64,000 nucleotides of DNA from a virus. Its lineage: Duplodnaviria > Caudoviricetes. This document shows, piece after piece, positions 54,501-63,810 of this stretch. The notes beneath the pieces are model-generated. The model was not told the origin of the DNA, did not search any database, and worked only from the letters and a program-made list of their open reading frames with translations. Every line of letters starts with the position of its first letter. Position 1 is the stretch's first letter. The stretch lies in IMG/VR virus record IMGVR_UViG_3300009285_001653, positions 43-64,042 of that record; one strand, written 5' to 3'. A program made the position numbers and the translations under genes.

Positions 54501-56522
54501 CAGTCCACTAGCGGGAGGCGTTGGCTCCGCAACCTCTCCTATCCTAGTAACAGGCTGTGCATCTACAAACTTACTGTGAAGATCAGCGATAGCATTTCTA
54601 ACTCCTACACCCCGACCCTCTATCTCTCCCCCGCCAGGTACAGTAGCTTTAGCGGTATACACTCCACCTTCCAACTGTCCTGTTTTGAGAAGGACACCAG
54701 GATGTTTTGCTTTCCAGGTTCCGTGGCTATAAGGAAAGTTCCCCTCAAGTATTTCAGCTTGTGTGAAGTTTAGCTCGCCTGGCGGCTGTGTTTCGAGAGT
54801 AGGAGGTTCTACACCCTTTCTTCTGCCCCTTACTCTCACACCAACCCCAGTAGGAGGTGCTTCTTGTACAGTCGGAAGTTGGCCACCACGGAGCTTCGGA
54901 GTAACCTCCATAGCAGGTTGTTCTTTTAACGCCTGTTGTATATCTGGGTAGTCAGTTACGGCTTCTGGAAGAATACTTGCTCTACGCTCTAAAAGCTCAT
55001 CAAACATCGCAGCAGGAACCCGAACAGCTTCTCCGGGCAACACCTCTCTACCATATACTGCCTCAGTAACAAGTACGCGATGCCGTTGTAATGCATCTTC
55101 GTAGTATGTTATGGCTGTTTCCTTAGTAGGTTTGTGTAAGGCAGCCTGTATCGCAGCCCACTGATGTCTAGGAGTACGTAGAGCATCTAAAAGACCCTGA
55201 GACTCGACCTGCTTTCTTAATTTTGATACATCTTTAGACTGTTTAAGGATATAGTCAGTAAGAGTTCCTGGAGACAATTCCTCTGGTAATGCAAGTGCTG
55301 TCGGCTCTTTGTCTCGTCCGAACTTAATCTCAGGCTCCCCCGCTCTCCGTTGTTTCTCTATAAGCACCTCTGCTGGTTTCGGTTCGGTTTTAAGAAACTC
55401 GGTTACTGGTACTGGCTTATACGCGCCAGGCCCCTCTTGCAACCTATTTATAATAGCCTGTCTGACATCATCAACCTTTTCATCGAATATCTTTTTGTAC
55501 GCGTCAGCCTCCTCCAGCTCTCCCCGCGCCAAAGCATTAGCCCTACCACGAGATGCTTGTAGGATCTTGGCCAGATTATTCGCATTATCCTTCATCCCAA
55601 GCTGTCTTACATAACGTGGTAGAGCGTCGGCGGGAAGACCCATAATATCAGCTACGGTTATGCCCTCTGGTATGCTTTCTTCTGATGGAAATATTCTGCC
55701 ACTACCACGCTCCTCTTGAAGCCAGCGGCGGATTTGCGGAGAGATGTCTTCAGGAACTGTACTAGGCTTAACACCACGAACCACCTCTCTACCAGGAGTC
55801 AACCATCCTTCATTAGCAGCTTTAATAATAGCCTCTACTGCCGGTCTCGCCGCCCGCCCCGCTAACTTAATTCCACCCTGGACTAGTGGATCCACGAATG
55901 GAGCCGGCGCAAACTGTGCTATATCTACAGCAGTTCTTCCTAATCTCTGTTCAGTTGGTAAGAACGGGTTAGGATCAGTTGACGGAAAGAGCTCTTGCAT
56001 AAACCCTTGCCGACGTGCTTCGCCTGTTCTTGGCCCAATAGTGGGGGGACCTGGTTGTACTCGAGGAAATCTGTCTGGTTCTTCTGGCCCCGGAGGCGGA
56101 TAGGCTCGCGAGAAGTCACTAACACGTTCTTCAAGAGAGCGTCCTGGAGGATCACCGGTAGCAGGTGCTCCTAAAATGTTTAGCAAAGCACCGAGAATAG
56201 GGATTTTTGTGACATCAGGCCCGCCATATTCGTCGGGCCTCTGTCCGATTGTTTGGCCACGAAACTTAGCTAGTTCACCCGGATAGTAGTCAACGAGAGG
56301 CCGAGGAGGTCCTACTGCCTGGCCGCGAAACCGCTCTATTCCAGCATAGGGATCAGCGGGCCCATCTACTGGCCCCGGGACTTCTGGCCCTCCGCCATAC
56401 CCCTCCGCAATCATCCTGAGCCGATTGAACAGCTCCAGCTCATCCTCGTCCTCTAGTGGTGAACGCGGACCTATATCTGGCGCTAAAAACCGCCTAAAGC
56501 TGTGGGGAGAAGCTATTGGCAT
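51522..56522 (-). CDS. Large internal virion (ejection) protein
   Basis: 1666 aa; Pro-rich N-terminal half and helical C-terminal half; podovirus-type position. Confidence 0.7.
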   Translation of the reverse strand: MPIASPHSFRRFLAPDIGPRSPLEDEDELELFNRLRMIAEGYGGGPEVPGPVDGPADPYAGIERFRGQAVGPPRPLVDYYPGELAKFRGQTIGQRPDEYGGPDVTKIPILGALLNILGAPATGDPPGRSLEERVSDFSRAYPPPGPEEPDRFPRVQPGPPTIGPRTGEARRQGFMQELFPSTDPNPFLPTEQRLGRTAVDIAQFAPAPFVDPLVQGGIKLAGRAARPAVEAIIKAANEGWLTPGREVVRGVKPSTVPEDISPQIRRWLQEERGSGRIFPSEESIPEGITVADIMGLPADALPRYVRQLGMKDNANNLAKILQASRGRANALARGELEEADAYKKIFDEKVDDVRQAIINRLQEGPGAYKPVPVTEFLKTEPKPAEVLIEKQRRAGEPEIKFGRDKEPTALALPEELSPGTLTDYILKQSKDVSKLRKQVESQGLLDALRTPRHQWAAIQAALHKPTKETAITYYEDALQRHRVLVTEAVYGREVLPGEAVRVPAAMFDELLERRASILPEAVTDYPDIQQALKEQPAMEVTPKLRGGQLPTVQEAPPTGVGVRVRGRRKGVEPPTLETQPPGELNFTQAEILEGNFPYSHGTWKAKHPGVLLKTGQLEGGVYTAKATVPGGGEIEGRGVGVRNAIADLHSKFVDAQPVTRIGEVAEPTPPASGLPEEPITPEVSIGETVQQRAAREKYLADLEEQAAESKRLREEAPGPTIPPQKPPPGGGQPPRGRRPEEPSGRFPPGDQLGGTPYEAGAREATKSIEGLPPPRGKPPLEENVLGLQDFTSKPLTPAQIIEDQFRRVVPGMANKYEETATAIMDQYKNKSHIISSQGAFISDRIQAEMEVFNVDKSGLIPSLANDEFPRGPGLRDVTDAPASFNLNAEQKAAVEKIRQLVAPYAKLANEVGIEYGSRVGIDPRQGGFYIPRGSASLLGYDEPVRMRPSRGQGTSPYKKPAKFGSEAEGIEKGYEYVSPEESVHSYILWIGRDINRKHMANQFAKAKQNGELVLKKTPPEGVGHGRATVDVPSMAGVDLPTAMANAANHALQQERLPSGMLENVIMNINSLQRLSTATGDDSAIGIQGLLAAAADPKAVPIAVKVHVKSIIDPKALGHFFKNYDIRAKAEGTPTLVQATRNGLHIAGTTGTIAGETGLGQAAKLLEKAPGIKQINRMFTSYSDTIRASWYRDLVLAEIKKGIPLAQLESSGELRRMADSVNRMTGWSQDRAFGGLGDLALYAPRFFQARVETLINGIGGFRPGASAEQIQARDSLVKLFGVATALTVAGNAVQGRKTDFAPVIQNADGSWRYNSNFLALRALGQDWKLLGPYDSILGLIINAATLPTAKDTRGKARRAKDVVKPLLAAVPSLAGNIESIFRDGKDMWGTIYDPNNPIDWARLLGETFKPFSLGTPQDRFTGASEAEQAAGSIPSVFGIKGSAVNASDMMEDVGQGEVLRKYRNAAGVTAEALAEGSTDKAKRIKLFLEADVADRNRTPGEEALWKKFIKDSPLYAKVAISEYKRLRKYLRADSPELNTYLQSYKDELDTFDASKEQAKRSEVHPKPRTGNNWSVETVQDYLADGFAKQWEIDKEFSGPDNITVWGELPPAGRLRIAAYMDKLNTKTIQMYNKKGYTEWRELPGDDKDIVREAVDKETGGLKKPLLR

Positions 56523-56830
56523 TAGTATGTCCTGTTGATGTAACGAACCCGGGGACTAAAGGCTCCTGGACGCTCGCCTCTCTGTGAGGGAGACATCCCA
56601 GCATACTCACCCCGAAGATCCAATCCACCAAGAAAGTCGCGGAAGCTGCGGTTGGGGTTTTGTGGAAGTTCGGCTAAATACTTGTTATAGGCACGGGTTT
56701 GGCTGCCACGCAAAAACTCTCCGTAAGGATTAGCTTTATAGGCTTTAGGAAAGACGCTATAGAAGCCAGCAGATGGCTCACCGCCGTAAAACTCTTCGTT
56801 GAGTAGATCCGTCCAGTTGAACTCGGCCAT
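56522..56830 (-). CDS. Small internal virion protein
   Basis: NPY.EFL motif shared with neighbouring genes. Confidence 0.6.
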   Translation of the reverse strand: MAEFNWTDLLNEEFYGGEPSAGFYSVFPKAYKANPYGEFLRGSQTRAYNKYLAELPQNPNRSFRDFLGGLDLRGEYAGMSPSQRGERPGAFSPRVRYINRTY

Positions 56831-56832
56831 AA

Positions 56833-57930
56833 CTAGCCTCCATAAAGAAACCGCATGAATGTTTTATTGCCGAGGCCAGGAGCCAGATTCCTATATCTTT
56901 CTTGCATAGTAGCCCCAGACCTTGATTGAGCACGGCGCAAAGCACTAGGCAAGTTGCTAGCCTCTTGGTAGAGATCGAGGGCTTCGTTAGGATCCATGTA
57001 CCTCTGTGCTAAAATCCTCTCACCTTCAGATAGAGATTCCGGACTAGCAGCGTATTTGTCCTGGAGATTGGCTATATTCCCTATCATACCCAATCCAGGA
57101 CCTCCACCACCCTGCTTTAACGCGCCTGCCACACCCCCAGGCAATCTTTCTCTAAGTGTTTCTACAGCACCACCGCCAAGTAAATCTTGTGCTGTAAACG
57201 TTTCAGACATGCCTGGTATACGACCTTGTAGGTAGGCATTGTAAGGATTGCCCACATCCATATTCATACCCAAACCACGCAATAAGTTACGCGCTGCAAA
57301 ATTACCTTCCTCTTCGCCTTCTAAGAATGGAAAGTAGTAGGGGATGTCAGAAGGAGCCGTACCGCCTATGTCCAATCCTCCAGCAATCAAGTCCGCGGCT
57401 GTACCTGTACGCGGTTTAGGGGCAAAAACGGTGCCCGGTTTGTAGTCCTTGCCGGGAGCGCCTGGGATCTCACCTGGTTTTGGAGCTGTAGGAGGCGCGG
57501 CTGAAGGGCCAGCGGGAGGTATGGCTGAAGGGCCAGCAGTCTTTCCACCACCAGCCGTAGATGGCACTCCAGGATCCGGAGCGCCAATACCTTTCAAATG
57601 TTGTCTAAACGCGTCCATATCCATGTAGTCCTGGGGGGGAACAGCCGCCATCCTCTCCAACCGCCACTCCCTATACTGTTCTTCTACATTGGGATTGATC
57701 ATAAAATAGCCTGGGAAGGTGAGGCTGATGTTAGGGCCCATTGAGGGGCCGGCAGAAGGACCCGCTGAAAGATTCGATCGAGCCCCCGCGAGTATTTCAG
57801 CAACGGTCTCGTCAAGACCTTGCTGATACGATGGAGGAGGTCCCCCTCCTGGCAGTCCATATTCACCACTCGCACTTACATAGGTTGGGGGTGGAGGCGG
57901 CACATAATAAGAACCTGGTTGGTATGGCAT
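56833..57930 (-). CDS. Pro/Gly-rich internal virion protein
   Basis: Low-complexity N-terminus; C-terminal module paralogous to ORF 50198. Confidence 0.65.
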   Translation of the reverse strand: MPYQPGSYYVPPPPPTYVSASGEYGLPGGGPPPSYQQGLDETVAEILAGARSNLSAGPSAGPSMGPNISLTFPGYFMINPNVEEQYREWRLERMAAVPPQDYMDMDAFRQHLKGIGAPDPGVPSTAGGGKTAGPSAIPPAGPSAAPPTAPKPGEIPGAPGKDYKPGTVFAPKPRTGTAADLIAGGLDIGGTAPSDIPYYFPFLEGEEEGNFAARNLLRGLGMNMDVGNPYNAYLQGRIPGMSETFTAQDLLGGGAVETLRERLPGGVAGALKQGGGGPGLGMIGNIANLQDKYAASPESLSEGERILAQRYMDPNEALDLYQEASNLPSALRRAQSRSGATMQERYRNLAPGLGNKTFMRFLYGG

Positions 57931-57938
57931 AATTCTAC

Positions 57939-58052
57939 CTACTTCTTTCTCTTCTGCAGAGTTCCATAAACATATCTATCCTGGCGCTTCTTATTGCCAG
58001 GAAACTTTTTCTGTGCTGCCTTCTTCAGAGCCTTTTCCATCGCTGCTGGCAT
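57939..58052 (-). CDS. Small basic protein (37 aa)
   Basis: MPAAMEKALKKAAQKK...YVYGTLQKRKK fills the intergenic gap. Confidence 0.55.
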   Translation of the reverse strand: MPAAMEKALKKAAQKKFPGNKKRQDRYVYGTLQKRKK

Positions 58053-58058
58053 AGCTAT

Positions 58059-58343
58059 TTACCCTTTTTCATCGGCATTTTCTCTGGGACCTGATGCTTC
58101 GACATTGCTGCTCACTACTTTCCTTGTTATTATGGAGCTCTTTGGAATCTGTAGAACCTCACTAATTCCATTGTGTTCGGTTAAACTTTGTGCTAGAACC
58201 ACCTGCTCATCATTCTCAAAGAACAAATAACCCACAGAGAACGCCTTAGGCAATCCTTCTTCGAGTGTTTTCTTTAACCACTCAACAGAGTTCCAACCAG
58301 TGATAACATTGCTATCTACCCAAGTGATCTCTATAATATCCAT
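58059..58343 (-). CDS. Conserved phage hypothetical protein
   Basis: ITWVDS...GW...SVG.L...LAQS...IP pattern. Confidence 0.7.
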   Translation of the reverse strand: MDIIEITWVDSNVITGWNSVEWLKKTLEEGLPKAFSVGYLFFENDEQVVLAQSLTEHNGISEVLQIPKSSIITRKVVSSNVEASGPRENADEKG

Positions 58344-58363
58344 CTCTCCTCTTTCCCTCCCTT

Positions 58364-58393
58364 ATTATAACAGTTCTTGACCTACTTTGTCTA
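58364..58393 (-). promoter_or_regulatory. Promoter TAGACA-18-TATAAT with extended TG
   Basis: Upstream of ORF 58343. Confidence 0.6.
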
Positions 58394-58500
58394 CTATCTA
58401 AATGATTCGCGAGGCGCGCTAATTCTATCCCGGCCCACAGAAACCAATGAGCCATGAACCTAAGTAGCCACGCGATGAGCCGCTGCACCGATTGCCCTCT

Positions 58501-58701
58501 TTAGACATTTTTGAACCTGGCTAGACCAATTAACGCCGCCGCAGCAGCCGCTCTCACCAATCCCGCCCCTACTCCTACAATCCATACCTTCCAGTCAGTG
58601 ATCTTCTCAGGATTAAGCTCGGCTAAGACCTGAAACAAAGCCGTAGCCACAGATACTCCAACCAGCCATAAAAACTCCTCTTTCTTCTTAAAGTCATACA
58701 T
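58501..58701 (-). CDS. Two-TM holin-like membrane protein
   Basis: Two hydrophobic helices. Confidence 0.55.
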   Translation of the reverse strand: MYDFKKKEEFLWLVGVSVATALFQVLAELNPEKITDWKVWIVGVGAGLVRAAAAAALIGLARFKNV

Positions 58702-60845
58702 TACCCTCTCCTTTGGTTAGTTCGTCTCCGTACTGTTTTGCCGCTTGGCATACTAGCCCCCGCACCAACGTTATTCTCAGCGCCTACAGCGTTCATCTGG
58801 TTTACGGCAGATTCGAGTGGGTTGGTGGCCGCTGGAGGTGATTCTGTAGCTGTTCTGCCCCTAGCTTGTCCGCCTCCGGGCTGTGGTATTGGATTCTTTC
58901 CAGATGCTTCTGCTGCCTGTAATTCCATTTGCTGCTGGATCATAAACTGCTCTTCTATCTGAGCTGCAGTAATAGCTGCCTTCAACATTTCGTTCCCACT
59001 GGTCATACCCGCTAATCTAGCCAAGTGCTTCATTACAAGCGGATCCTCGAAGTTCTTACCCTCGGCTAATCTCCTCATAGCCTGTCTGGGATCCTTCACA
59101 CCAATCTGCTTCATAGCATCATAAATCGGCAGCAGTCCGGCCTGCATAGCTCCCACCACTGTAGGTATCATCACCGCCTGATCCTTCGGCATCACCTCGT
59201 CGTAAGAGACCGTGACATTTACGCCATTTGCTCTAATATCTTCTACACTCAAAGACGCTCCTGACGAATACATCCTGTCCTGATTTCTGTCATAGAGTGG
59301 GAAGTTAAGCTGTGGCATCCACTGCGATGCCACACCAGCATACATCTCCAACATCCTGGTATATTTTAACTCTCTATAGAGCTTTATACCATTCAACAAC
59401 GGCCTTACTACATCACTTGCTCCCTGGCTCAGCAAGTTAATAGCATAACCTGCTAAGGAAAACCCCGCCTGTCCATATAGCACTGCTGGAACCGATCCTC
59501 TCTGTACTCTATCACTGATTAATTGTAGGAATGGGCCTGTATCTGGTTTCATGGCCGTTGTATCCAGTACCTTTGCATCTTCTGCCTGAAAGACGAGATA
59601 GTTTTGCATACCCGCTCCAACGTTAATAGGCTCAGGCTTGTTATGACCATCATAGTAGACCAACAGCGTGGGATTTACTCCCTTGCCTATCTCGGTGAAC
59701 ATCATTGATGCCAACTTCTCCAACGTTACTATCATATCTTTAATAGGATATAGTACGTCAAGACCAATAAACGCCACTAATCTGTCCTGATCCAATTTAC
59801 TCTTAAACTTCCCTATTCGCCGCGTTGGTGACCCTCTGGGTGTAACAATCAGCCACGGATTGATAGGCACTCCCTGCAAGTCCACATAACCATGCCTAGT
59901 GAGCGGTTGGAGGATGAACCTAGGCACAACTTGTCCTATTCCCCCGTTTAGTAGCGTCATCCGGTAAATATCATCATAATAATCTACAACACTAATCTCT
60001 TCATCGTCCTGCCTATCATTTAGGAAGGTAGCCGCGCCAGGAAACTCACCCCTAGCCTCTAACCCCAACATCGTGTATTGGTGTGTTACCCTGGTCAGTC
60101 CGTTGCTATTGTAGCGAGGATAAACGAACAAGGGATCCTCGAGGATATAGCGCAAAGGCATATAGTTGCTCTTAGGATTAGGAAGAATCATGCCAGTAAG
60201 CCAACCACGCAACGCGGCATAGTGTATCTCGTCTCTATCAATAGTACCATGCAACGTTTGTCCGTGCTTCTTGTTCAGTTCCCGATCCATCCACCTCAAA
60301 GCGTCCTCTATATTTTGTGCTTTATCATCCATTTCTGGTGATTTTGGCTGAACATCAAAACCCCAACCAGCCGCCTCCACCATACTGGTGATCTTATCTA
60401 CAGTCAAATAGCCGTCATTGAACTCTACCTGCTCTGATGGAGTCTCGTCTGGATCATTCTCTAAAGCTGCCCCTTCCTCTATAGCCCTTCTGGTCGAGTT
60501 CGCGTACCTGCTCCCTAACTCCCAGAAGCTCTGGCTGTCCATCATCCTATCATCTCTAGGCTTCCAGAACTTCTTATCATCCTCAGCCATTGTTACCACG
60601 TATGTTACGAGATCATCCATCTGGCTTTCGTCTAATTGTTCTGCAATCACGCCATAATTCGCCATACTCCACATATCCAGTGGCGAGGTTAGTTCAGCGG
60701 TCTGTGGTGTCTGCATAATCGGCGCTACTCCGCCCATAAGGCCCTGCATAAGCTCCATTAGCCCAGCTGACCCACCCATCTGTGGCATAACAGGCATATT
60801 ATCACCCATACCTGGCAACATCGGCTGCTGCATCATACTTACCAT
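58701..60845 (-). CDS. Portal protein
   Basis: 714 aa directly after TerL; DP..VYP motif; Gln-rich C-terminus. Confidence 0.8.
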   Translation of the reverse strand: MVSMMQQPMLPGMGDNMPVMPQMGGSAGLMELMQGLMGGVAPIMQTPQTAELTSPLDMWSMANYGVIAEQLDESQMDDLVTYVVTMAEDDKKFWKPRDDRMMDSQSFWELGSRYANSTRRAIEEGAALENDPDETPSEQVEFNDGYLTVDKITSMVEAAGWGFDVQPKSPEMDDKAQNIEDALRWMDRELNKKHGQTLHGTIDRDEIHYAALRGWLTGMILPNPKSNYMPLRYILEDPLFVYPRYNSNGLTRVTHQYTMLGLEARGEFPGAATFLNDRQDDEEISVVDYYDDIYRMTLLNGGIGQVVPRFILQPLTRHGYVDLQGVPINPWLIVTPRGSPTRRIGKFKSKLDQDRLVAFIGLDVLYPIKDMIVTLEKLASMMFTEIGKGVNPTLLVYYDGHNKPEPINVGAGMQNYLVFQAEDAKVLDTTAMKPDTGPFLQLISDRVQRGSVPAVLYGQAGFSLAGYAINLLSQGASDVVRPLLNGIKLYRELKYTRMLEMYAGVASQWMPQLNFPLYDRNQDRMYSSGASLSVEDIRANGVNVTVSYDEVMPKDQAVMIPTVVGAMQAGLLPIYDAMKQIGVKDPRQAMRRLAEGKNFEDPLVMKHLARLAGMTSGNEMLKAAITAAQIEEQFMIQQQMELQAAEASGKNPIPQPGGGQARGRTATESPPAATNPLESAVNQMNAVGAENNVGAGASMPSGKTVRRRTNQRRG

Positions 60846-62284
60846 CTATAGCCTCCTCTTACTGGTTGAAACCTCTCTATGCCTCTCTCATAAGCCATTT
60901 TGCGCCTTACTGGAATGATGTTCGAGAGTCGTGGCGTATCTCCCATCCCAAAGTGGTCAATTATGCCATAACAGATCGCCTTTGTGCTATGGTTATCAGC
61001 GTCAATAGGCGTTCCTTGCACCTCAGTACCATCATTTCTAGTATGCCTTCTGTACCCTTCCTCAAACTCCCATATCGTCTGTTCACACTTTGGTGAAAAC
61101 ACCATAAAAGGCTCGTTTGTGAGCGGATTCACAAGCAACTTATCATGTGTACGCTTGATCCCGTCCAGCACCTTGATGTACTTCGACCTAATCCCCACTC
61201 CTCTGCCTCTAAACCCCGCTCTCCACGCCTCTGCCGCCGGATCCTGCGCACCGGCATGAGTATTTGCTGCTATATCAATCACAATCTTCTCTACAAACTG
61301 CGTCAGGGGATGGTTCAGCGTCAGATCCACCGCTTCTTTATTCACCACTTGATGAAGATAGAGCTCATCTAGCACTCTGATTTGGTCATTGACCACCTGT
61401 ACAAACAAAATCGCGTAGGCCGACGGCTGGTACCCTGGATCAACCCACAGTTCAACAGGATAACCAGGCGTGTGAGCAATGGTTTTGACGTGTAATGAGC
61501 GCCGAAACTCAGGAAAAACGACGCCGATGGGCGATCTCGGCTCACCAAGAAACCTCTCAGCGAACTCTTCCTCAGTCATTGTGGCTTTAGCAGCTAAAAC
61601 CTTCGGATCCCGTGCTCCTTCGGGGTAAAGGATGGGGTTAGCATAGGTTGGTAGGCTCAGACTTACGCCATGATATTCGTTTTCACCCTGGCAAGCCCTC
61701 CAGAGGTCGGGAAACCACCTTCCGTGGTACAATTCGAAGGTCCCGGACACCAAAAACCAAGCACTTCGGTGCATAGCCCTAGTCCATAGCGTCTTGAACG
61801 CTTGAAATGTCTGTCTGCCAGCCTCAACCATCAATATCCCATCAGGAGATTCACCTTGAAGCGTAGACGCATCAGCCGAACTTAACGTCCTGACCCGTAA
61901 ACCTGTCCTAAACAGAGCCCGTGAAGGAGATGGATTCTGGGATGACCATACACGCTCTGTTGCACCAACAGCCTCTCCATTAGCTACCAAATACTCGAAC
62001 TCTTTCCTCGTATCCTCGTACCTCTCACCCACAATCCACACAAGCTTATCACGCCAGTGCATACCAAATACATGAGCGCTGCATGCGGTACTTTTTCCGG
62101 ATTGCTCTCCTCCGGCCAAAACCACCAACGTAGGCAGTGGTCTCTCTAACTCATCATAGTGTGGAGTAACAAGTGCTTTATGTACTGGCTCGTGATACTG
62201 TGAACTCATCTGGTAGTCCTGTGCCTGATCCAGCCAGAACTTCACTAACCTATAGTCCACAGCTTCCAAAGGATGCTTAGCCAT
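60839..62284 (-). CDS. terL: Terminase large subunit
   Basis: Walker A GGEQSGKS, LQGE, GT coupling motif, RNase H-like VDPG and DNH; true start likely ATG 62284. Confidence 0.9.
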   Translation of the reverse strand: MAKHPLEAVDYRLVKFWLDQAQDYQMSSQYHEPVHKALVTPHYDELERPLPTLVVLAGGEQSGKSTACSAHVFGMHWRDKLVWIVGERYEDTRKEFEYLVANGEAVGATERVWSSQNPSPSRALFRTGLRVRTLSSADASTLQGESPDGILMVEAGRQTFQAFKTLWTRAMHRSAWFLVSGTFELYHGRWFPDLWRACQGENEYHGVSLSLPTYANPILYPEGARDPKVLAAKATMTEEEFAERFLGEPRSPIGVVFPEFRRSLHVKTIAHTPGYPVELWVDPGYQPSAYAILFVQVVNDQIRVLDELYLHQVVNKEAVDLTLNHPLTQFVEKIVIDIAANTHAGAQDPAAEAWRAGFRGRGVGIRSKYIKVLDGIKRTHDKLLVNPLTNEPFMVFSPKCEQTIWEFEEGYRRHTRNDGTEVQGTPIDADNHSTKAICYGIIDHFGMGDTPRLSNIIPVRRKMAYERGIERFQPVRGGYRW

Positions 62285-62303
62285 AATGTCCTTACCTAGC
62301 TGT

Positions 62304-62666
62304 CTAATTGGGTGAACGTGGTTCAAATAATCTTCTATTGAGCTTGAAGTGCTGTAACCATGTAGGCCATCCCAGCATCTCTTGTAGAGATGCCCGCCCA
62401 TGAAACGGTACACTACTCCCACCAAGCTCACCAGCCGCCCTGTACATGCCAGGCGAGCTCCACGTCTCTCTTTCTGGCCATGGGAACGCTCTACGAGATG
62501 ACATAGCAGACCAGTCTCCTCCAGGCATCCTACCAGGCCCGAAATCGGGTATGGGACCTCCACCTCCGCCCCACTGTATACCCTCTGGATCCTTATCGAA
62601 AGGATCAAGCTGCGGCTCACCATCTTCGGGGAAAAGGAGATTCCATAATCTAGGTCCGTATGCCAC
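62304..62666 (-). CDS. Gly/Pro-rich hypothetical protein
   Basis: AGGTG RBS; explains the spurious N-terminal extension of the TerL ORF. Confidence 0.55.
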   Translation of the reverse strand: MAYGPRLWNLLFPEDGEPQLDPFDKDPEGIQWGGGGGPIPDFGPGRMPGGDWSAMSSRRAFPWPERETWSSPGMYRAAGELGGSSVPFHGRASLQEMLGWPTWLQHFKLNRRLFEPRSPN

Positions 62667-62686
62667 TAATCACCTATCCTTCATCA

Positions 62687-62902
62687 TTAGCCATGCTTTG
62701 CTCCCCAAACATCCACATAGGGGAAAGTTAGCACAATACTTTCTCCTCTATGAATATGAAACATTTCATCTGGAGTAAATGTGAGCTCGTAAACCTTCCA
62801 GACAGGTTTACCAACCAGCTCCACGCGTCCTCTCACATCAATAGCCCTATCTTCTCCCACCACCTGCACTATCGCATGAAACCTATCCTCCATCTTCGGC
62901 AT
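62687..62902 (-). CDS. Hypothetical protein
   Basis: AAGGAG RBS; overlaps the end of TerS. Confidence 0.55.
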   Translation of the reverse strand: MPKMEDRFHAIVQVVGEDRAIDVRGRVELVGKPVWKVYELTFTPDEMFHIHRGESIVLTFPYVDVWGAKHG

Positions 62903-63752
62903 CGTGAAACGCTCCTTCTACTACTTTCTCTTCTGTAATCTTCGCCATCAGCTTGCCGAACTGATCCATAACGGTGACATACTGAGTGTTCTGTACCACT
63001 CTTGGCTCAGTTCCCCACTCACCCAACCATCTGCTTGCGCCTTGTATGCCCTGGAACCGCGCATTATAATCAGGCTCTTCTTCTATAATCTCCTGTGCGC
63101 CGTCCTCTGTCTGTACTGTACGCCGCACCTTCCGCACCGCGTCAAGCTGCTCATCTATCCTGTTCACCGTTTTCCAAGCCAACGAGTTCATTTTCTTCTG
63201 GCTAGCTTCCTTTGCTCGCTGCATCAACTCCTCATAAGCCCGAAGAAAATATACGGGCGGGCCATGTCTATTCCACTTTTCTGGAATTGACCACCGCCAT
63301 GCATGAGGAGTACGAGGGGCCACACCCACCGCTCTAGCCGCGTCCGTATCAGTATTAAAGTTCAACCTCACCGCTAGAAAATTAGCCATGTTCTTCGTCA
63401 GGTGGTATTTTTCAGTAAGCTCTTCTACTATAGCTATGAGCGGAAAGTCTAAGGCTTCTTGAAGATCCGGCCTAATCGCCACCGAACGCGCCTGATGTGA
63501 CTTCACGCGGTCTGCGTCGGTGAACGCGTGGTTGTTGCGGGTAGGCGCGCGTGGCTGTGCTACTGGGAGCTTTGGCGTCTCAGGTGCTTTCGGCGGTAAA
63601 ACGCGCTTCATAAAAGCCCCCCTAGGCCCCATAAACACGCCGCCGCCCTGGGTCTTAATCTTGACATAGCGAATAGCGCCCTCAGGCACATCCACGCCCT
63701 CTGGCACATCCTCAAACCCCTCCCTCCGCTCTATCGGCTTCTTCTTGCTCAT
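62883..63752 (-). CDS. terS: Terminase small subunit (HTH)
   Basis: DAARAVGV...W HTH; upstream of TerL. Confidence 0.65.
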   Translation of the reverse strand: MSKKKPIERREGFEDVPEGVDVPEGAIRYVKIKTQGGGVFMGPRGAFMKRVLPPKAPETPKLPVAQPRAPTRNNHAFTDADRVKSHQARSVAIRPDLQEALDFPLIAIVEELTEKYHLTKNMANFLAVRLNFNTDTDAARAVGVAPRTPHAWRWSIPEKWNRHGPPVYFLRAYEELMQRAKEASQKKMNSLAWKTVNRIDEQLDAVRKVRRTVQTEDGAQEIIEEEPDYNARFQGIQGASRWLGEWGTEPRVVQNTQYVTVMDQFGKLMAKITEEKVVEGAFHDAEDGG

Positions 63753-63780
63753 GTCGCTTTAACTACTCCTTACCATTATC

Positions 63781-63810
63781 ATTATAACATAAGTCAAGTC
63801 ATTAGGTCAA
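63781..63810 (-). promoter_or_regulatory. Promoter TTGACC-18-TATAAT with extended TG
   Basis: Upstream of terS. Confidence 0.7.

Noticed and set aside
51522-56522. 1666 aa protein as a virion RNA polymerase or tape measure protein
   Set aside because: No polymerase catalytic motifs or tape-measure periodicity recognised
62285-62623. N-terminal 113 aa of the 594 aa TerL ORF
   Set aside because: Overlaps ORF 62304-62666, which has its own RBS; TerL has an RBS and ATG at 62284
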